A stretch of 50,863 nt of DNA, taken from Deltaproteobacteria bacterium CG03_land_8_20_14_0_80_45_14 (GTDB lineage: Bacteria > Desulfobacterota > BSN033 > UBA1163). The translations under genes and the position numbers were made by a program. Under the pieces are notes generated by a model. That model saw only the letters and a program-made list of their open reading frames with translations, was not told the DNA's origin and made no database searches. Of the stretch, positions 45,301-50,863 are shown one piece after another; the first letter of the stretch is position 1; every line of letters starts with the position of its first letter. The stretch lies in contig PEUO01000148.1 of assembly GCA_002780715.1 (NCBI GenBank), positions 1 through 50,863 on the forward strand, written 5' to 3'.

Positions 45301-46175
45301 ATACCATTCCTTTTAAACCCAAACCTACACCGGCATATATTCTCGAAGCGAAAGACAAACCGGAGGTGGCCATTCTCCGGGAAGAAGGAAGTAATGGGGA
45401 TCGGGAAATGACCTCTGCTTTCTATCAGGCGGGCTTCAGCCCATGGGACATCACCATGACCGATCTGATCCGTGGACGAATCACGTTGGAGCGTTTCAGA
45501 GGACTCATTACGGTCGGAGGATTTTCTTACGCCGATGTCCCAGAAAGCGCCAAAGGGTGGGCTGCAGCGATCCGATTTAATGAAAGGCTGAGGAAAATGT
45601 TTGACGATTTTTATCATCGTTCCGACACATTTTCCTTAGGGGTGTGCAACGGCTGCCAACTCTTCGCCCTTCTCGGATGGGTACCCTGGTTGGGGATCCC
45701 TGACCATCAACAACCCAGGTTCGTTCAAAATTTGTCCGGACGTTTCGAATCCCGCTGGGTGACCGTTAAGATTTTAGAAAGTCCGGCGATCATGTTCAAA
45801 AGCATGACCGATTCAACGCTCGGAGTTTGGGTGGCTCATGGCGAAGGTAGACTTCACTTTCCCGACCCAACACTGATGGACGAGGTCATCATCAAAAAAC
45901 TTGTTCCGGTAGCCTTCGTGGATGATGAGGGCCGGGTGGATGGGAAGATTTCGCAAAGCTATCCTTTTAATCCGAACGGGTCACCCTTCGGGATGACGGG
46001 ACTCTGTACGCCTGATGGACGACATCTGGCTATGATGCCTCATCCGGAGCGAGCGTTTCTGAAATGGCAATGGGCATGGATGCCTGGTTATCTGAACGAT
46101 GGGCTCAAGGCATCCCCGTGGATTCAAATGTTTCAAAATGCAAGAGAGTGGTGCGATCGGGTGAAAGCATCTTGA
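42351..46175 (+). CDS. purL: Phosphoribosylformylglycinamidine synthase, single-chain (large PurL)
   Basis: 1274 aa with an N-terminal PurS-like region, AIR-synthase-like repeats and a C-terminal glutaminase (GVCNGCQ, ..HPER..). Confidence 0.95.
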   Translation: MYHLFLRKSEKLQYCFNVETSAPLDSNELSILRQLLADGFVSESISTKPIHADGRDVVELGPRMNFATAYSTNIVAICQTCGLEKVTRIERSRRYLLSAEDAKESFIREHHDRMTECLYDQPLQTFETGILPEPVSEIPMLEKGPNALLEILGLAMDEWDRNLYYDYFVKEEGRNPTIVEIRDLDNANSEHSRHGYFKGKQVINGVAMPETLMDIVKSTLKANPSNSIIAFKDNSSGMKGYDCWTIVPGQPGKPAPFEKQKVQYHIIFTAETHNFPTGVAPFPGAETGTGGRIRDIQATGKGGLVVAGTAGYCVANLLIPGYDLPWETKSFPYPSNLASSLAVEIRASDGASDYGNKFGEPVALGFTRSFDQKLPSGERWGWIKKIMFTGGIGQIDARHIEKDEAQRGMLIVQVGGPAYGIGVSGGSASSKLQGENEEELDFNAVQRGDAEMEQKMNRVIRTCIEMGENNPLVSIHDQGAGGPANVLKELVEKAGGKIELRHIKLGDPTLSVLKIWIAEYQERCGFLIKPERIGEFKSICEREKVNCEILGKVTGDGRFVVHDEKDDSTPVNLNLAKVLGNMPQKTFKDERIDHSLKSLEWPGDLSVEKALSRVLRNLAVGSKRFLTNKVDRSVTGLIAQQQCCGPLQLTVSDVAVIAQSHCGLTGAATSIGEQPIKMLVNPKAGARMAVGEALTNIVWAQISRLQDIKCSANWMWAPKLPGEGAALYEAVCAMRDLMIQLGIAVDGGKDSLSMATRVGDEIVKSPRELVISAYATMPDITKVVTPDIKNPGHSQLIFIEIAQHQARLGGSALAQVYGQVGNESPDVDDPEMLQRAFHAIQKLMSENLILAGHDISDGGIITTFLEMAFAGNCGLRIRMDGPWNPLERLFAEELGAVIECHVSDVRNVLQILDSFHLPSTVIGETTEEKKILVTYHSQKVLESSMCVLREWWEETSYHIERLQMNSQCADEERKNIFDRKGPSYTIPFKPKPTPAYILEAKDKPEVAILREEGSNGDREMTSAFYQAGFSPWDITMTDLIRGRITLERFRGLITVGGFSYADVPESAKGWAAAIRFNERLRKMFDDFYHRSDTFSLGVCNGCQLFALLGWVPWLGIPDHQQPRFVQNLSGRFESRWVTVKILESPAIMFKSMTDSTLGVWVAHGEGRLHFPDPTLMDEVIIKKLVPVAFVDDEGRVDGKISQSYPFNPNGSPFGMTGLCTPDGRHLAMMPHPERAFLKWQWAWMPGYLNDGLKASPWIQMFQNAREWCDRVKAS

Positions 46176-47119
46176 AGAGGTGGGGTTATTATTTGACAGC
46201 CTGGTGGAAACTTTCACGGGTTCCTTTTCTTTCCGTGGGGATTCTCCCGTTAATCTTAGGATTTATTTTGGCGTGGCGATTTGGTTACAAAGGGCCATTA
46301 GGACTCTATGTGCTTTCTACGATGGCGGTTATTCTCATCATGTGGATGACTTACTATATGGGGGAGTGGAACGATCTGGAAGGGGATCGTATCAATCAAA
46401 ATTTTAACCGGTTTTCAGGGGGGTCAAGGATTTTAGTAAAAGAGGTCCTCCCTGCCTGGTCTTCACTTCTTTTGGGATATGGATGTTTGACAGGAGCGAT
46501 TCTCATCGGTTTTTATATCTATCTCCAATACCAGACCGATTTTCGGGCCCTTTTATTAGGAGGAATGGGCATCTTTTTTGGATTTTTTTATTCAGGCAAA
46601 CCTTTTCGATGGTCATACCATGGATTGGGAGAAATCCTCATCGGGTTCTGTTATGGATGGTTGCCGATTGCCACCGGATTTTTCCTCTTCACGGGGTTCT
46701 TCAGCCCACAGATCTTACTGCTCTCCATCCCCGTTGGCCTTTCCATCTTCAATGTGATCCTGATCAATGAGTTTCCCGATGAAGAAGCAGATCGGGCCAT
46801 CGGAAAAAAGAACTTGGTGGTCCGGTTCGGGAAAGAGAGGATGGGAGATCTCTACATCGGACTCTCCATATTGACTGGATTTTCCTTTATTAAAATGATG
46901 TGGCGTTCAGGTCAGGTTTCCCTCTGGCTCCTTTTTCTTTCGGCAGTTCCAACACTTCTTATTTTATGGAATCTTATCCAGGTCTGGCGGGGGAATTATC
47001 ACGATCACAAGAAACTCGAGCTTCTCTGTCGAAATACCCTTTTCGTGAATCTTTCCATGACCATACTCTTGACTATTCAACAGACTCTTCTCCTATCCTT
47101 TGGCGGAAGATCAGGATGA
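46172..47119 (+). CDS. UbiA-family aromatic prenyltransferase (MenA-like)
   Basis: Multi-TM. NDLEGDRIN (NDxxxD) and NEFPDEEADRAIGKKNLVVRFG (DxxxD..GK.TL) motifs. No in-frame ATG near the N-terminus. Candidate starts are the TTG at 46172 (overlapping the purL stop) or the TTG at 46193. The 46064 start in the ORF track is unlikely. Confidence 0.75.
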   Translation: MKRWGYYLTAWWKLSRVPFLSVGILPLILGFILAWRFGYKGPLGLYVLSTMAVILIMWMTYYMGEWNDLEGDRINQNFNRFSGGSRILVKEVLPAWSSLLLGYGCLTGAILIGFYIYLQYQTDFRALLLGGMGIFFGFFYSGKPFRWSYHGLGEILIGFCYGWLPIATGFFLFTGFFSPQILLLSIPVGLSIFNVILINEFPDEEADRAIGKKNLVVRFGKERMGDLYIGLSILTGFSFIKMMWRSGQVSLWLLFLSAVPTLLILWNLIQVWRGNYHDHKKLELLCRNTLFVNLSMTILLTIQQTLLLSFGGRSG

Positions 47120-48264
47120 AAATGGAAGATATTCAAACCCTCGTTGAGCAGATAAAGACTGATATTGCGAGTGGGAAATCAAATGGGGAAATCTTTCAGT
47201 CTCTCCTTCCTCTGTTAGAAAAGGACCCACAAACCGGTGGAAGGTTGGCTGAGTTAATGGTGACCATTCCTGATAGAATGATCGGCAGACTTCTCCATCG
47301 AATATTTGAAGTGACCCGAGAGAAGAAGGTTCGAAAAATCATCAAACGCTCCATTTACCGGCTGAAGAGTAAGGGAGTTGATGTTGAGGAGATTATATCC
47401 GACAAAGAACGTTCTATTCTCCGTCCTTTACAGGCAGATCCCAAAGAAGGTTTTGCGAGTGGGATTGATTTTCTTGGGCACCGATTTCTGTGGTTAGTCA
47501 TTCCTCATCCGGGCCGGGGTTTAACGGTCATGTATGGAATAATCAGTGATAGGGATGGAATCGTTGATTTTTCCCAAGAGGAGATGACACGGAAGGGATT
47601 TAGGAGTTTCTTTGAAGAAGTTCAAGAAAAAAATCCATTTCCGTTTGTTGAAATGGAGCCTTCTTATGTTGCCTTTCTTTTCACACAGGCTTATCCATTA
47701 AACCTTAAAAAGAAAGGGACTTCTCTCCAGGACTATCTCCGTGCGAAAAGTGAGATAGAGAGCGTTAAAAAAGATTATGCGAAACCATTAATCTATTCCA
47801 CTCTTCAAACCGATGAGATTGCAGGAGACGACTGGATGTCGAGGAAGGGAGAAGACCTTCTTAAAGCAGATATCTTTTACAGTTGGAGGATTGAGGAGGA
47901 ACATATCCGACCTTATGCGGATGAAGTTTGGGAGGCAGAGGAGTCCAAGATCGTTCTCAACCAGGCTCAAAAGGAAGTGCGATTTCAGGGGATCTATCAA
48001 AGGGCATTGGCCGGACTCTTTTCAGGAGAGAGAAAATCTATCTATCAGCGAAGATTAGAGGAGATGGCTTATGTTCTTCTTAAATTGGGAAGAGAAGAGG
48101 AGGCAAAGATTTCTCTGTCTGTAGCGATGGATCTCGAAAAACCTCTTAATCCGATTCAACCCAATCCTTTCCTCTTTCAATTGGTGACCAAGTCAATCTT
48201 TGGCCTTTTGGCAGAGGCCTATGAGAAGAAGTCGAAGGAAGTCTCTCTGATTGTAAAACCGTAA
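47116..48264 (+). CDS. Hypothetical protein (382 aa), translationally coupled to the prenyltransferase
   Basis: The ATG at 47116 forms an ATGA overlap with the UbiA-family stop. Soluble, with no motif I can recognise. Possible TPR-like helices near the C-terminus. Confidence 0.6.
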   Translation: MKMEDIQTLVEQIKTDIASGKSNGEIFQSLLPLLEKDPQTGGRLAELMVTIPDRMIGRLLHRIFEVTREKKVRKIIKRSIYRLKSKGVDVEEIISDKERSILRPLQADPKEGFASGIDFLGHRFLWLVIPHPGRGLTVMYGIISDRDGIVDFSQEEMTRKGFRSFFEEVQEKNPFPFVEMEPSYVAFLFTQAYPLNLKKKGTSLQDYLRAKSEIESVKKDYAKPLIYSTLQTDEIAGDDWMSRKGEDLLKADIFYSWRIEEEHIRPYADEVWEAEESKIVLNQAQKEVRFQGIYQRALAGLFSGERKSIYQRRLEEMAYVLLKLGREEEAKISLSVAMDLEKPLNPIQPNPFLFQLVTKSIFGLLAEAYEKKSKEVSLIVKP

Positions 48265-48267
48265 TTC

Positions 48268-48324
48268 AAATGCGGATTTCGGAATAAAATCAGAAAAATG
48301 AATTTGGATTCGATAATCCGCATT
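48268..48324. repeat. Hairpin of the AATCCGA family
   Basis: AAATGCGGATTTCGGAAT .. ATTCGATAATCCGCATT, 4 nt after the stop at 48264. Confidence 0.7.
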
Positions 48325-48356
48325 CCGCAATACACATTGGAAGAGGAGGTCAGAGG

Positions 48357-49493
48357 ATGAAGAAATGGTTCATCCTGATTGGAATTCTTGTGGTCCTATT
48401 CATCGGAGGGTATTTTGTCCTTTCTTTTTACGCTGTGAAATTCATTCAACCGCACCTTCAAAAGGTGATGGGGCCTGGATTAACCTTGGAGGAGATGAAG
48501 CTCAAGACCACCCACCTCTCCGCCAGGGGAATTCAGTATGAGGACCCTCAATCAAAAAAAAGATTCCTTCAGATCGAGGAGGTGAGGATTTATCCCTCTC
48601 TTCTCTCTCTTTTAAAAAAATCTTTACACATAAAAGAATTTACCATCCTCCAGCCATCCTTTTTCTTCTATCGATCTCGAGAGGGAGTTTTCACCGGTCC
48701 CTGGGTGACGATGAAAAAGGAAAGGGAAGGGGAAGAGGTTTCCGAAGAGAAAGAGAAAAAGCAAAAGAAGGGAGAATCCATTCCTATTCAGATCGATCGG
48801 ATTCGAATCCAGAAAGGTTCCGTCGATTTTGAAGATAGAAAAGTGGGAGAACCCCCAGCCCAAATTAAATTGAGAGAGTTAGATTTTGAAATAAGAGATA
48901 TCCGATATCCTCTCGCCTCTTTGCATTCTCCCATTGAATTGAAGGGAAAAATGAAGGGGAGAACACAGGAAGGAAGCATCACCTTAAAGGGATGGATAGA
49001 TGCGAAAACCATGGATATGGAAACTTCTTTGAAGGTTCGAGAAATAGAGGTAAAGACCTTTGAGCCATATTATCAGAAAAGGGTTACCGCAGAGATTGAG
49101 TCCGGTTATATGGATATGGGTTCCAAAATTGCTGTGAAGGAGAAGAGGATTGATGCACCCGGGGAGGTGGATCTGATCAATCTCCACGTCAAAGAGGGAG
49201 GAGGAATGGTCCTTTGGATTCCAGCGGAGACCTTAGTCTCTTTATTGGAGAAGAAAGGGCATCAGATTAAAGTTAAATTCCATGTGAAGGGGAATATGGA
49301 GAATCCTCAGTTCAACCTTCAGGAGACCTTCTTGACTCAAGTGGCCATCTCTCTCGCACAGGCTCTTGGAATTCCGATTAAGGTGGTGGGTGAGGAGGTC
49401 CTTCAAGGCATGTTAAAAGGAGAAAAGGGACTTGTCGAGGAGCTGCAATCGATTGAGGAACTATTCAAGAAGAAGAAGGAGAAAAAGAGATGA
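48357..49493 (+). CDS. Membrane-anchored DUF748/AsmA-like protein
   Basis: 378 aa. N-terminal TM MKKWFILIGILVVLFIGGYFVL. Repeated ..I.I..G.V.F.D.. beta-rich segments reminiscent of DUF748. Assignment made from memory of the family. Confidence 0.55.
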   Translation: MKKWFILIGILVVLFIGGYFVLSFYAVKFIQPHLQKVMGPGLTLEEMKLKTTHLSARGIQYEDPQSKKRFLQIEEVRIYPSLLSLLKKSLHIKEFTILQPSFFFYRSREGVFTGPWVTMKKEREGEEVSEEKEKKQKKGESIPIQIDRIRIQKGSVDFEDRKVGEPPAQIKLRELDFEIRDIRYPLASLHSPIELKGKMKGRTQEGSITLKGWIDAKTMDMETSLKVREIEVKTFEPYYQKRVTAEIESGYMDMGSKIAVKEKRIDAPGEVDLINLHVKEGGGMVLWIPAETLVSLLEKKGHQIKVKFHVKGNMENPQFNLQETFLTQVAISLAQALGIPIKVVGEEVLQGMLKGEKGLVEELQSIEELFKKKKEKKR

Positions 49494-50080
49494 GCATCCT
49501 CAAGGACCTCGGCGTCCCCGCTTTTAAAGCCGGCGGGATGCCTGTGATTGATCTTCAAAATTATTTTCTTTCTATAGGAGGTTTGGCCAAAGAAGAAAGG
49601 CTTTTTTCATGGCAGGAGATATTAGCGATTCCGAAGAGCCGGGTGAACTGTCGCCTGACTTCTGTATCGGGCTGGTCGGTCCGAGCTGATTGGGAAGGTA
49701 TTCGATGGATTGACTTTCTTAAGCAAATTTTGGTTGATTCCATGGCCAATCATGTCCGATTCACTTCTGTGGGAGGAGGATACAGCACAGCCGTCTCGTT
49801 AAAAGATTTAGATAATCCAAGAGTTCTTTTAGCTTATGGCGTGAATGGTAATCCAATCGAAGCCGAGTATGGAGGGCCTTTGAGAATGGTCATCCCGAAC
49901 TTATGGGGATATAAAAGTTGCAAATGGCTGGGCAAGATTGAATTCATCAATCAAGAAGAAGGAGGATACTGGGAGGATAGAGGTTATACCCGGTCCGGGA
50001 TGATCGAACCCGGTTTTACGTTGGACATCAATACCCACACTCGCCGACCTATCCAGGGAGGAGAAGTCACGGAATTCTAA
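49490..50080 (+). CDS. Small molybdopterin-binding oxidoreductase domain protein (sulfite-oxidase/YedY-like fold)
   Basis: 196 aa. Contains ..SGWSVRADWEGIRW.. and ..GGPLRMVIPNLWGYKSCKWLGKIEF..GYWEDRGY... ATGA overlap with the upstream gene. Confidence 0.75.
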   Translation: MSILKDLGVPAFKAGGMPVIDLQNYFLSIGGLAKEERLFSWQEILAIPKSRVNCRLTSVSGWSVRADWEGIRWIDFLKQILVDSMANHVRFTSVGGGYSTAVSLKDLDNPRVLLAYGVNGNPIEAEYGGPLRMVIPNLWGYKSCKWLGKIEFINQEEGGYWEDRGYTRSGMIEPGFTLDINTHTRRPIQGGEVTEF

Positions 50081-50087
50081 AAAAACA

Positions 50088-50236
50088 GGAATAATGGAAT
50101 ACTGGAAGACTGGGATATTGGAAAAGTGGAATATTGAGGTTTGAAAGGATTGAAGAGTAATTGGTTTTCCCATTATTCCATCATTCCAACATTCCATCAT
50201 TCCAAAGGACGTCGATCCAACATTCCAATATTCCAT
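50088..50236. repeat. GGAAT 8-mer periodic inverted-repeat element, copy 2
   Basis: GGAATAAT GGAATACT GGAAGACT GGGATATT GGAAAAGT GGAATATT, a spacer, then ATTATTCC ATCATTCC AACATTCC ATCATTCC .. AACATTCC AATATTCC. Confidence 0.8.
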
Positions 50237-50255
50237 TTAAACATTGGGGCGTCTG

Positions 50256-50863
50256 ATGCTGATGGTTCGTCTCCGATGGATTATTTCTATTTTGTTGATG
50301 CCGTTTTTATGGGGATGTAGCATTCCACTGGTCCGGCCGAGTCGGATCGACTGGAACCCTTCTCTCTCTCCACAGACTATTCAGATTAATGGCCATACGG
50401 TTTTTTATACGGTGAAAGGGGAGGGAAAACCTCTCCTATTGATCCATGGCTATGGGGCCGGGATGTGGGTATGGGAGAAGCAGATCGAAGTCCTCTCTCA
50501 ATCCTATCGGGTCTATGCTTTAGATGTGATCGGTCATGGCTTCTCAGACCGGCCAAAGATTCCTTACACCCCAGAGACCTACATTTATTTTTTAAGAGAC
50601 TTCATGGATGGGGTAGGAATTGAGAAGGCCACCTTGATTGGAAATTCGATGGGAGGTGGAATCGCTTGGGCCATGGCGATCCTCTTTCCTGAACGAGTGG
50701 ATCGACTCATATTGATCAATTGTGTCCCTCCCGATGTCCTCAACCAGGTCAAAAATGAATCCTTCCGAACCCTGGTGGCCATCAAAGATATTCCAATCCT
50801 CCCTTATCTGATCATTGCAGGTCGAAGCAAAAATTCAATCAGGTGGATCCTCCTGGAGTGTGT
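50256..50863 (+). CDS. Alpha/beta hydrolase, likely lipoprotein (3' end outside the window)
   Basis: Own translation: MLMVRLRWIISILLMPFLWGCS (lipobox LWGC) ..LLLIHGYGAG.. GNSMGG nucleophile elbow. The frame stays open to the window end. Confidence 0.8.
   Translation, partial: MLMVRLRWIISILLMPFLWGCSIPLVRPSRIDWNPSLSPQTIQINGHTVFYTVKGEGKPLLLIHGYGAGMWVWEKQIEVLSQSYRVYALDVIGHGFSDRPKIPYTPETYIYFLRDFMDGVGIEKATLIGNSMGGGIAWAMAILFPERVDRLILINCVPPDVLNQVKNESFRTLVAIKDIPILPYLIIAGRSKNSIRWILLEC

Noticed and set aside
49490-50080. Possible loss of a Mo-ligand Cys in the small molybdopterin-domain protein (..LTSVSGWS.. where some homologues have ..CV.GWS..)
   Set aside because: I cannot place the true Mo-coordinating residue without an alignment, so the observation is not reliable enough to report as a finding.

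Overview
50.9-kb bacterial chromosomal window. The gene content looks anaerobic (tungsten-type aldehyde:ferredoxin oxidoreductase, clostridial 2x[4Fe-4S] ferredoxin). The lineage cannot be determined from sequence alone. Layout: (1) 0.07-2.5 kb holds a toxin-antitoxin cluster (vapBC, higBA), a small GIY-YIG gene and tRNA-Asn(GUU). (2) 2.6-16.0 kb is a minus-strand housekeeping block: pssA-psd, ilvB-ilvH-ilvC, DUF465, and tsaB-rseP-dxr-cdsA-uppS-(ferredoxin)-frr-pyrH-tsf-rpsB. (3) 16.3-18.1 kb holds a Cys-rich small protein, DUF72 and a rhomboid protease. (4) 18.3-22.8 kb is a ZraPSR-like module: two CpxP/ZraP-family periplasmic proteins, a sensor kinase and a sigma54 activator, with a near-consensus sigma54 promoter. 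(5) 23.3-33.6 kb is a plus-strand catabolic cluster: glutamate dehydrogenase, class III aminotransferase, AOR, livK/H/M/G/F-type ABC transporter and a BKACE (kce-like) enzyme. (6) 33.6-40.8 kb is an accessory island. It contains an MNT-HepT TA cassette bracketed by ~190-bp direct repeats, a sensor gene and a LuxR-type response regulator each broken by an in-frame stop, an AbiEii-like pair, a CheY-like receiver, a hybrid kinase remnant lacking its His box, and an AT-rich locus with a second sigma54 promoter driving unannotated small ORFs. (7) 40.8-50.9 kb holds isochorismatase, purN-like, single-chain purL, a UbiA-family prenyltransferase coupled to an unknown 382-aa protein, DUF748-like plus a small molybdopterin oxidoreductase, and a partial alpha/beta hydrolase. 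No CRISPR array, rRNA, transposase or integrase was seen. The most unusual non-genic signal is that almost every intergenic spacer holds a structured repeat. These include several families of 7-, 8- or 16-nt periodic arrays paired with inverted copies, heptamer arrays just after stop codons, MITE-like elements and long palindromes. All similarity estimates are by eye and need alignment or database confirmation.
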